Part shown: positions 1 to 10,989 of the stretch, piece after piece
How the letters are laid out: every line of letters begins with the position of its first letter
How positions within the stretch are numbered: the stretch's first letter is position 1
From: Bigelowiella natans CCMP2755
Taxonomy: Eukaryota; Protista; Cercozoa
DNA: 64,000 nucleotides
Direction of reading: 5' to 3'
NCBI GenBank assembly: GCA_000320545.1
Contig: ADNK01001082.1
Span: 62,001-126,000, forward strand
Notes under the pieces: generated by a model
What the model saw: the letters and a program-made list of their open reading frames with translations, nothing else
What the model was told of the DNA's origin: nothing
Database searches by the model: none
Made by a program: the position numbers and the translations under genes

Positions 1-32
<32 letters not shown>

Positions 33-138
33 GTGTGTGTGTGTGTATGTGTGTGTATGTGTATTTGTAAATTTACGTAAAAGGAAGAGAGAAAGCTGTG
101 TCGTTACATTGTATTAGAATTACTTTTTCGAAGTCTAC

Positions 139-626
139 CTTCATAATGGATGTAGTACTCCCACCCATGTTCCACCTCCTTAGTTGGAGGTAGCGTGCCA
201 CCGCCAGGGGCAATCTTGGCCTCCACCTTAACAGGTCGTCGTTCTGTTCATGCCGTACAACGTGTGTGTTTTTCTTCTAGTTATATAATTTATTTCGAAT
301 GTCAATCACTGATAAACGAGTGTTTTCGTAGTTAGAGTTTATTTTTATTTCTGTAACTGGCAATGATAATTATATTAGTGGAGTTGCTAAGTAAAACATA
401 TTTTTTCTTACGGAAAATCTGGCATGGATGGATGACTGTCCCCCCTCCCGTTTCCTTTTCCGCCCTTTAAAGACAAAATTTAAAAATTCTCGGAATACAT
501 TTGCAACCCATTAAGATATGACCAATCAATTCACTGTCGCTGTGCAACTAACTATTTTAATCTCAAATATGATCCGCGGCGTTTATTCATACGTGCGCGT
601 GTGCATGCATTGCGTACTCCAAGGCT

Positions 627-693
<67 letters not shown>

Positions 694-1027
694 TGTGCAT
701 CGCGTGCGTGAGCCTGCGTACCATAGATTGTATTCAAGTGGGATAGGCTTCGTGCTGTCCGAAGGGTCGTACTTCTCCACCTGGGGTAAATCAATTCAAT
801 GTTGTCCAAGCTACATTTGGTGCAAGGGATGAAGTCAATCGCAACGAAGTAATTTAACGACCTTTTTTTCCTCCTTCTTTTTCTTTACATTCTGTAAGGT
901 GTATGAAAACAGAACAGCCAGAAGGATGATTTGGGATCCTGCACCATCTAGAGAAATTTGTTTGTGCTACCTTTCGGTTTCCTCCCTTTTGCCCCTTTCT
1001 TTTTATAACTTTCTTTGCCCTTGGCAT
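139..1027 (-). CDS. Chromo-barrel (Tudor-knot) protein, probably a MYST-family histone acetyltransferase (Esa1/Tip60-like); 5' part only, gene continues beyond the window start
   Basis: Five GT-AG exons stitched from ATG 1027 read MPRAKKVIKRKGQKGGNRK|NVKKKKEEKK|VEKYDPSDSTKPIPLEYNLW|AEKETGGGTVIHPCQIF|QRRPVKVEAKIAPGGGTLPPTKEVEHGWEYYIHYEG|, and all intron phases are compatible. HxCxIxxRR...EYYIHYEG matches the Tudor-knot of MYST/MRG15 proteins. The HAT domain is not in the window. Confidence 0.75.
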
Positions 1028-1626
1028 GTGCTTCGTCTAAACGCGAAACCTTCGCCAATTGCTTCGGAATCCTCTATTTAACTTGCCTTTTGGGGAAAGG
1101 GTTGCGATGGCCGGTCTTCTAAGAGAATGGCGTGTTATTTTCAGATTGAGTTTTATTATATTATCATCTGAATACATCTAAAATATGATGCATTTCCATA
1201 GTACTACTGTGGTAAAAGGGATTTCCTTCCAATAATGCGAATGATATACTTGCTGCGAAGTCCAAAAATGGAATCCATATGAAAAAATATACCTGTTTGA
1301 TCATGGTATACTACCCACATAATACAATTCAGATTTTAGGATTCTCTTTGCATACATCATTTGATTACTATGATAGAGTTTAACAGAATTTAGTGATAAG
1401 ATCGATATATTATTTTCTACTTTCCATTTTCACACGGCCATTTTGCGGTCTCGAAATGACATAAGATCTCTGGAGTTCCATTGGGCTTTTTCAGTTCCCG
1501 TATGCAATCTTAATACGACATCATGAGAGTCACACTAATGAGAAAATAGGAAGACATTTTGTGAGGTAGAGAATATAATCGGACGGCTTCTCGGGAATAA
1601 TAGAATCTGACGCATATAACTGGAAA

Positions 1627-3612
1627 ATGGCGCAGAGCTGGTGCACGATCGAGTCCGATCCGGGTATCTTTGTTTCTTTCCAGCGATCTGAAACCAATAA
1701 GGAATATTTAGTATCCCGTATTTTTTTGGGGTGGGGGAAATTGAATTCTAGATCCCTTTTGTGTTCCAAAATGACAACTTCGCCTCCCTCACAGGGAATG
1801 CCGTCAGCTGAAAAAAATCCTTATTGAAAAACTTAGAACCTGTATAACCTCTAGGCGTATTCACTGAGCTAATTCAACGCATCGGTGTGAAGGGGGTACA
1901 GGTGGAAGAAGTTTATCATCTTTCTGATGAGACGCTCGACAGCTTGAAGTACCTTAAGTTTCTTTCTAGCCTTCAAACTTCCTCTTAGCCTTTAAACTCT
2001 CACTCTTCCTCACTCTCTTGATAGTGGGGTTCTAATCACAAACTATGTGGATTCTGAAAATCTCTACTTTTTTACTGATGAATTAATTCCCCCTCCTTAG
2101 ACCTATCCATGGCTTGATCTTCCTCTTCAAGTGGGTGAAAGATGATGCAAGTGATAGGAAATTGCTTAAGGACGGGGCTCCGGGAGTTTTCTTTGCAAAG
2201 CAGGTTCAAACAGTTACATCTATATTTTGACTACTGTGCGTGTCAGTAAGGAAAGGAATCAGTGCAACCGACTGGACGATACATTGCTGATACGCTTGTT
2301 CTCCCCTTAATCCAGATGGTCCAAAACGCTTGTGCAACACAGGCAATTGTGTCAGTGTTGATGAATGCAGAGGGTGTTGAATTGGGAAAAGAATTATCGC
2401 GAATAAAAGATTTTGCTTGCGCCCTTGATCCTACGGTACCCCTTCATTTAGCAGAATGATGCTAGTGCGCTTTTTATTAGCTAAATATGCTATCCTTCCA
2501 TGTCTCCCCTCCCACAGATGATTGGTCAGATTATTGGACAGGACACGGTTTTAAGAGAGGTTCACAATAGTTTCTCAAGGTAGCATAATAGAGTAATCAA
2601 AATCATTATCGTCGTCATCGATGTCATCGTTCATCAATTTGTGCCTACGCTTCAGGCCAGAGCCATTTATGATCGAGCCGGATGAAAAGAGTAGCGAAAC
2701 TGAGGATGCATTCCACTTCATCGGCTATGTTCCTGTAGGCAATAAGTTGTATGAACTAGACGGCCTACAGCCTGGTCCGATTGAAATCGGTATGATTCTA
2801 CTTGCTCGATTTCCTCTATTACTACTACCATCTTTGTCAATTATCATCGCCATAATAATTTTCTTTCTCATTAAGGCGAGGTGAAGGACGGCAACTGGCT
2901 CAGAGTCGCCAAGCCTGCTATCGAGAAGCGCATCCAGAAATATAGCCAGAAAGAGATCCGATTCAACCTTTTAGCGATCGTCAAGGACCGGCAAGAAGTG
3001 AGTTCAGATGCGCATGGCCATCGCTATCGACCAACGCCAACACACTCACTCTTCCTTGTACGTCTTATCGCGCAATCTAACCAGGTGTACCAGGAGGAAG
3101 TAAAAAAACTCCAAGCTTCACTTTCAGGTTTGTTGGATGATCGATGAAATAATGACGGGGTGATGATGTGAAAAAATGTGGATGATCCGAGTAACCTCAA
3201 TTAATCATATCAATATCCGCTAAAGCAGCAGGTTCCGAGGAAGAGGGTAAAATCAAGGCGGAAATTGCTGAATTTGAACAAAAGATCGAGCAAGAGAAGC
3301 AAAAGCACCAGAAATGGAAGGTCAAAAGGGAGTTGGAGAGTTAGAGAGTTGGAATGGATAGCAAATAGCACCCAAGATGACTGCATTACCTTCAGCTTTT
3401 ACTCTCCCATCCTAGACGGTTCTCCTTACATTATGAACACATATCAGGAGGAAAATGTTAGACGCAAGCATAATTTTATTCCGTTCGTGTTCCACCTCCT
3501 CAAGGAGCTAGCTGCCAAAGGAAAGCTTGACAGCATAGTGGATGCAGCACAGAAGCAAGCTGAAGAACGTATGGATGCTGCATCGAAAAAGGCGAAGCAA
3601 AGTAAAGCATGA
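1627..3612 (+). CDS. UCHL5: Ubiquitin C-terminal hydrolase L5 (UCH37, peptidase C12), multi-exon
   Basis: Exons give WCTIESDPG|VFTELI...GLIFLFKW...FFAKQ|[10 protein letters not shown] (catalytic Cys), EVHNSFSR|[14 protein letters not shown]...LYELDGL (catalytic His/Asp), [13 protein letters not shown], and the C-terminal [12 protein letters not shown] typical of the UCH37 ULD. Confidence 0.95.
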
Positions 3613-3759
3613 TCAAACAAGACATAGGTACTCTACGGAGCAGGGTTCTTTGCAACAACGACCCTACAGTTCAGCATCCTTGTTTACTGCACTGCTGCGA
3701 TTATATGGCTACGTGTGCAGTTAACTCATTATGAACATTCGTGATGATGCACACCGCGG

Positions 3760-6060
3760 ACTCATTGACTATCGTCGTCGTGACATCTTAACTAGGCCCA
3801 GTGGTGGTGATAACATGTCGACACATCGCACACACGTTTAGCTGCACGTCGACTAGAACGTGCCGCGCTGTCTGCGCGCATGCTAGCATGTCAGGCGCAA
3901 CTAGGCAAGATGAGAAAAGATTGTGAGACATACATGTCGTACATTTCCCAGCACATGCATGTTTGGACCCACAACGCACTGTCTATAGTCTATCTAGCTG
4001 TCATACCTGCCAGGGTGGTGACCCCAGGCCTTGCCATGGCATGCAGCTGCTGCGCGCTGCGGCCGCGACTCACACACACGAATTTGCGTTCACCAAGCTA
4101 GCAAGCTCACACGATGCCACGATGATGTGCTGATGTGGCTGGAAGCGCTTGGCTGCCATGCACACTCGTGAACGTGTGCGTGCACGTGTCTGAAGGCAGG
4201 GTGACAAGGTGTCCGTGCGTGACGAATTCGTCACGCTTTTCGATGCACGATCAAACGTGCAATTCAGAGCCATTCACCATTGCAATGATGCAGCACCCAT
4301 CTGCACCTTTCGGAAAACACATCTCAACCACCACACGCTAGCACGCCCAGTTTCATCACTCGTGGCCAGGGTGACGGCGTGTGAACGCAAGTGAAGTTTG
4401 TCGTCACACACGATCGTGGAGGTGTCGTCAACACCTGGCTAGCTGGCCATCAATGAAACGTGGGGTGTGAACGGATTCCCACCAAACTTTTTTTCTGACT
4501 TTCTTTTGATGTTTCAACACACACTTCAACAAAAAATCGGTCTGCTCTTGACCCCCCCCCCCCCCCCCCCCCCCCCGGCACACGTGCACACATGCAATGA
4601 CGACGTACGAGGGGGGGCTAGGGGGGGGGGGGAGGACTCAGCTTTTTGGTTCTGCTTCGACCTGCACACAAGTCCATCAAACCCGGCAACGACGGGGTTG
4701 TGAACAGTGCAGCGCTTTGCGACGCGCTTTGAAGCAGCAGGCAGTTGCAGTTGGGCAAAGAAAAGTCATCAGAACTTGTCCGATGGCCAAACCTGAAAAA
4801 ATGACCGAAATGTTGACCAAAATGTCCATTTTCAAGGCCTCAAAGTGTGAAAATTCACACCCGTTGTGCAGCGGATGCACGCTGCGCGTTTGTTCTCTGC
4901 CACATTTTGAATGCTTTTGCGTGTGCGTTTGACCAAATGTGACATGCACGAAAAATTTCAAAGAAATGCGAGCAAATCCAATGTCCATTGCATCACATGA
5001 CGCGCTTGGTCGCGCGCAAAAGCTTCCGAATGCACATTCTGGCGATTCTTTGCAGGTTTGACGGACTTGTGGCACCGCATCAGCGTGTTTGTTGCATGCA
5101 CCAATGACTGAAATTTCAACAAAAGCTGGCTGGCGCTGCGCAAAATTCGCATCGCAACGCTGCGCGCGCATGCGCGTTTTTCAGCTGATCGAGCCTGTCT
5201 AGCTGTGTGCAGCGTGCGCCAAAAAACGTTTTTCCGTGCATTGTTTTTTCGTTGAAAGGTTCGCGATGTCAAATCACACACTTGCACGCACTTTGCAAGA
5301 GTTTTCTGGGTGAAAAAAATTTTTGACCCAGAGTGAGCGCGACACCCCTAGACCCCCCGACCCTGCTAGCCTGGCTAGCTGGCAGGTGTGTCACAGTGTG
5401 TACCAGTCTAGCAGTGTAGCACATGCTAGCTAGCTGTCATGTGCTAGTGTGTCCTGCTCTAGCTACTGTGTGTCTAGCTTGCAGATCGATGTGGAACAGC
5501 TGACAGTAGTGCTAGCTACACAGCTATGGAGCATTCCACTGTGACTTCGTCGCATGCTAGAATGGCACTGCTAGACGCACTGTGCACAGCACTGTGGTCA
5601 TGCGGCTGTCAGCTAATTGCAAGCACTCTAGACTGGATTTAGCTAGTTAGCGGCACTAGCTAGCTAGGGCAACATGGCATGCGTGCGCGCGGTGAACATG
5701 CATGCTAGCATGTCTAGCTAGCTAGCTAGCTAGATCGTGCACCGCACTACCGCATGCCTAGATGCGTACGTACATTGTCATCTAGACACAGCGCTCGCAT
5801 GGATCGAATTATTGATGCCTTGTTGTTGTGCATCACTAGATCACATCAGCAGGTCACCGTAGTTTGAGACACGTACGTACACCATGGACGCACATGCACT
5901 GTGTGTACGTATTTGTGTCTCTTACGCCGTAGTCATGTCTGCTCGAGCGTGCTACTGTCACACTACGCTAGCGTGCTAGTGTGGCTTCGCATGCGCTGAG
6001 CGGCGTGCGCAACTTGATAACAATACACATCAACTAATGTGCACATGTTTCACGCAGATA
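3760..6060. other. Compositionally anomalous convergent intergenic zone (TpA-depleted, rich in CTAG/CATG/TGCA); may contain a decayed non-autonomous element at about 4450-5350
   Basis: By eye there are 9 TpA in 4006-5400, 8 of them inside CTAG, and none in 4621-5199. Spurious ORFs 4677-5171 and 4958-5287 contain no Tyr. (GCTA)n runs occur at about 5425 and 5715-5733. Confidence 0.8.
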
Positions 6061-6368
6061 GACACGATGTGTTCAAGTGTTTATTAAATCCTAACGCTCG
6101 TCCACAATTTCTAACAAGAGGTAGCTATCAACAATTGGGATCTACGTGCTTCCTGGCTATTCTGACATCGGATGGTGAAATTTATTGCGACGACATTGGA
6201 GGTCGGACAAAATTTAGGCCAGTGTCACTCACAACATTATGCTTGTTTCACAAAGTTGGTTGTACATATTACCGGGTATGCCATAGAGCAAATTTAGCCA
6301 CTCTATTTCGAATGATGGTTGAGTATTTACGGCTTGAAATAAATTCCAAATGATCGTGATTGTTTTCA

Positions 6369-8433
6369 TCATACAACATCGGTTCCCTGTCCATTAGGGT
6401 TGTTACTTCCTGCAACAGATGCCATTGCCACCGAACTATTATACTCACCCTTCTGCTCTTCTTCCTTAAACTTGGTATATCTTTCGGCTCTTTTTCCAAA
6501 GTAGAACATGCCAGCGGCAACTACAAGTAGGATGACTACGATCGCAAACACAATCCCAAAAATCTCGCTCGCCGACAAGTCGTCGTTATCTTCATCGCTC
6601 TTCACCTCTAGTGCAGGATCTTTGCATGCCTCCATACCAGGGAACACCACACCATTTTCTTGAAACTCTCCGACGTCCGAGCATTTGATATTCATACAAG
6701 AGTAAACGGACTCAAACATTGTCTTGACCTTTACGTATCCATCCGCAACAGGCGAGTTGTTGGCACTATTCCATATCATATTTTCGCGGATCATCCGAGC
6801 AGTGTTGGCGTCGCAAAAGTGGACTTGAGGCAGGACCGCTGCCGTGAAGGCCCATCCCTCAGCCACCTGCTTGGCATCGGAGACTCCATTCTCAGGGTCA
6901 GCACGGTACACATACCTCAACGCGCCTTGGAGCAAAGGAACTGTCATTTTATTTATGATTTCATCTTTGGTCGCAGCGGCGGCGTCACATTGCCCAGCTA
7001 TGATCTGTTGTTGCCCACGATTGAAGAGTGTGATAATTTCGTCATTCACTCTCGCCCTTTGTGTGCCATCTACGCATGTCCCGAACTGAGAACAGCGTTT
7101 CTCAGCGAGGGCATACGTTAGCCTTCCGCTTCCAGACCCGTCCTTGCCTTCTAAGCTACCCGCGTAGAACGCCCAAGCTTCATCCCACGCGTGGACTGAG
7201 CCGCCATTGTACGATATGTCGTTTCTCACACAGTCGTCAATTGCGTCTTCCATTTCCCATACCGTGTACATCCAGATGTTCTGGTACGCGGATCCCTTTT
7301 TACACAGCTCTTTGCGTGTAATTTCAGGGGCTCCTGCGAGTTCTCCAGTGCCTAAACATGCTGCCGATGTGAACCTGTCCGCGTAGTCTATGGACCCCCA
7401 GTAAAGTTGGTACTTGCTGAACAATGCCTTTCCCGCCATCTTCGCTGCTCCAGTCGAAAAACCCTTGATTGTACGGATGGTGCCTCCGCTCTTGAATGAG
7501 TTGCCTCCTTGGGAGTACGCTCTGTAAGCTTCAGCAAAATCCCCATTGGATAGCGCAACCTCTAGGTCGCGCTGATCCAGATCGATCTTGCTATGCGGAA
7601 CGACATTTGTCTTTGCATTGTAACCAGCTAGGGTGTCAACACAGGGTTCCATACCTGGAGCAAATGACTGGCCATCGGCCCCAATAAGACCTCCTACATC
7701 AGCGCAGGTGATGCCTAAGCACTCGTATACGCTCTCAAACTGTCGCTTGGTGAACTGATACCCGTCCGTCAACGCAGATGGAGCATTCCAGATCATGTTC
7801 TCTTCGATCTCATTAGCAGCGATGGAGTTGCATTGGTTAATGAGAGGAAGGACGGCAGCAGTAAACGCCCATCCCTCTGCTCTATCTTTGGTTGTGCTCG
7901 ACTGCAATGGGCCATTAGGATCGGATCGGTACACATATCGTAGTGCTCCCTGAATCAGAGGAATCACCATCTTTGTTGCGATCATATCCATTGTGCTCTG
8001 TAGGGCAGTACACTGCCCAGCAAGAATCTGACTCTGTCCGGTCTGGAATAGTGTAAGTAGCTCCGCATTGACTTTAGCATCGCTCTTGATCGTCGTAGTC
8101 TGTTTGACCAGGGGCACTGATGCCGGTGCTGCACGTGCCGAACTGTGGGCATCGCTTCTCTGCCAACGCGTGCAAGAGGTATCCTTTGCTGGATCCATCA
8201 ACGCCTTCCAAGCTCCCGGTGTAAAAAGCCCAAGCCTCGTCCCAAGCAACAGCTGCACCGCCATTGTTCGTGATGTCGCCGGAAAGGCAGTCATTTACAG
8301 CATCCTAAGTAATGGTAGTGATATCATTGAGTACTAGTCGTTAGCATATTACGCAACGATGGTGACTACGAAGAGGCGATTTTAAATCTCAAACACGACG
8401 ACCCACAAACATGAGCGCGCGCGCACATACACA

Positions 8434-8470
<37 letters not shown>

Positions 8471-9698
8471 GCATCTCCCAGATGACGTACATCCAGATGT
8501 TTTGGTATACAGAACCCTTCTTACAAAACTGTTTCAAGGTCTCAGTATCTGCGCCTGTGAACATCCCCGTGGCAACTCCCTGGCACGCCAGCCCGGTAAA
8601 CTTGTCCGCATAGTCGTACTGAGGAGAGTTGTCTGAGTTGCGCTTGGCTCCCCAGTAGTTGGCGAATGTGACGAAGCGTGAGTTGTTACCGGTAACCATC
8701 TTCGGGAAAGCGCCTGTTGAGAATCCTTGTATTGTTCTAATAGCCCCACTGCCCTTTACCGAGTTGCCTCCAACTGAATACGATGTGTATGCAGCGGAGA
8801 AGTTATCGCTGCTCAGTGCGGTCTCGATTGCTCTCTGGTCGAGGTCGATCTCACTATGTTCGGTTACATCGGTTAATGCTCGATATCCAGCTAGCCGACT
8901 AATGCATGGCTCCATTCCAGGAAGATATGATGTACCATTCTCATTCAACAGACCTCCCACATCCTTGCAGGAGATGCCTAAGCACTCATATACGCTCTCA
9001 AACTGTCGCTTGGTGAACTGATACCCGTCCGTCAACGCAGATGGAGCATTCCAGATCATGTTCTCTTCGATCTCATTAGCAGCGGTGGAGTTGCATTGGT
9101 TAATGAGAGGAAGGACGGCAGCAGTAAACGCCCATCCCTCTGCTCTATCTTTGGTTGTGCTCGACTGCAATGGGCCATTAGGATCGGATCGGTACACATA
9201 TCGTAGTGCTCCCTGAATCAGAGGAATCACCATCTTTGTTGCGATCATATCCATTGTGCTCTGTAGGGCAGTACACTGCCCAGCAAGAATCTGACTCTGT
9301 CCGGTCTGGAATAGTGTAAGTAGCTCCGCATTGACTTTAGCATCGCTCTTGATCGTCGTAGTCTGGCTAGCTCCACTAGTGGTTACGGTGGTGCTGCACG
9401 TGCCGAACTGTGGGCATCGCTTCTCTGCCAACGCGTGCAAGAGGTATCCTTTGCTGGATCCATCAACGCCTTCCAAGCTCCCGGTGTAAAAAGCCCAAGC
9501 CTCGTCCCAAGCAACAGCTGCACCGCCATTGTTCGTGATGTCGCCGGAAAGGCAGTCATTTACAGCATCCTAAGTAATGGTAGTGATATCATTGAGTACT
9601 AGTCGTTAGCATATTACGCAACGATGGTGACTACGAAGAGGCGATTTTAAATCTCAAACACGACGACCCACAAACATGAGCGCGCGCGCACATACACA

Positions 9699-9733
<35 letters not shown>

Positions 9734-10238
9734 GCATCTCCCAGATGACGTACATCCAGATGTTTTGGTATACAGAACCCTTCTTACAAAACTGTTTCAA
9801 GGTCTCAGTATCTGCGCCTGTGAACATCCCCGTGGCAACTCCCTGGCACGCCAGCCCGGTAAACTTGTCCGCATAGTCGTACTGAGGAGAGTTGTCTGAG
9901 TTGCGCTTGGCTCCCCAGTAGTTGGCGAATGTGACGAAGCGTGAGTTGTTACCGGTAACCATCTTCGGGAAAGCGCCTGTTGAGAATCCTTGTATTGTTC
10001 TAATAGCCCCACTGCCCTTTACCGAGTTGCCTCCAACTGAATACGATGTGTATGCAGCGGAGAAGTTGTCGCTGCTCAGTGCGGTCTCGATTGCTCTCTG
10101 GTCGAGGTCGATCTCACTATGTTCGGTGACGTTAGTACTTGATGTATATCCAGCAAGAGTCTGTGCGTGTATAACAGAAAGAAAGAATACTAGTATCACA
10201 CCCACCATGTTGGGGGGGGACATCTTGCGCCGCATCAT
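6369..10238 (-). CDS. Fea1/ISIP2a (phytotransferrin-like) iron-assimilation protein: signal peptide, three Fea1 repeats, TM helix and cytosolic tail; apparent frameshift at about 8103-8125
   Basis: Exons are 10238-9732, 9569-8469 and 8304-6369. The signal peptide is VGVILVFFLSVIHA/QT. Three repeats each run LAGY...HSxIDLDQ...YxxGGNS...AWDEAWAFYxGSLEG...AEKRCxQFGTC...PLxQGALRY...GMExC. The TM helix IFGIVFAIVVILLVVAAGMFYF is followed by a tail containing YTKF. Confidence 0.85.
7710..10127 (-). repeat. Near-identical intragenic duplication (period about 1.26 kb) covering Fea1 repeats 1 and 2, including the intron
   Basis: About 8970-10127 matches about 7710-8862 almost base for base. Introns 9570-9731 (162 nt) and 8305-8468 (164 nt) differ by one CA unit. 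A few SNPs and one loop also differ. Confidence 0.95.
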
Positions 10239-10989
10239 TATTTCTAGTACTCCGGACTTATAGTTGCGAACTGTTGCACCCTGGTAGCGCGACTGATAGA
10301 TTTTCTCCTGCTATTATTCTTCCATTTTGACATAGCGACAGCGAACGCTATGAGTCGCACAAATGTGAACACAGTGAAATTTGAGCAAATAGAAATTTTC
10401 GAACAAAAAATTATGGCTGTCCAATTAGGCTAATAGGGTACTTATGTGGATCACAGAATGCTCGGTCCCCAACCACCCCTATCATTGAAACCATGCAATT
10501 TTTCGTTGCGACAACACAATTGAAAGATATTTTCAACAAGAAAAGTCCTGAGGACTTCGCAGGGTGGTCACTTCATGCATGCCTGCCTGTTGTGTTGGCC
10601 ACCCTTGGAGCGATTTTCTCTGGATTTAGTCGTTTCCCCCCCGGATTTATCGTAAAATTATGGCGAATTTCGGGATACGTATCTCGCCAGGGCAGGAAAA
10701 GTAGAGGGTTGAAAATTACCTAAAAAGAGAAGGAATTAATTGTGCGACTCGGGCAGACAAATGATGGAGATATGTATGCTACGACAACAAGATATCATCT
10801 ATTATTGTTCAATCAAAATCTGTTTCACAACGGCTATGTGGGTAGGGCAGGAAAGGAAATAGGATGTATTTTAAACATACGACAAGGCGATTAACGCAAT
10901 AACTCGAAACCGACACTTTGAATCACCTGCGAGCACGATTTCGCACCCCCCTACACGAGCCGATCTCCAAAGGGCACCGTAATTGAAGG

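Noticed and set aside
176-200. Hairpin ACCTCC-TTAGTT-GGAGGT as an ncRNA or terminator
   Set aside because: It lies inside a coding exon of the chromo-barrel gene, and a 6-bp stem is expected by chance.
518-832. ORFs with SLSLSL, ERERER, CVCVCV or YIYIYI runs, here and throughout the window
   Set aside because: They are translations of intronic microsatellites.
3788-5287. Cluster of overlapping 60-164 aa ORFs on both strands
   Set aside because: They have no recognisable domains and are Cys/His-rich and Tyr-poor. TpA loss removes TAA and TAG stops, which explains them without coding function.
4462-5350. GGGGTGT...ACACCCC as hAT or mariner terminal inverted repeats
   Set aside because: The match is only about 7 bp, with no target-site duplication and no transposase, so it is not called as a mobile element.
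8130-8294. N-terminal ~60 aa of the 641-aa ORF (MTAFPATSRT...) as a real protein start
   Set aside because: It is an alternative-frame reading of the duplicated exon that encodes DAVNDC...AWDEAWAFYTGSLEG, upstream of the frameshift.
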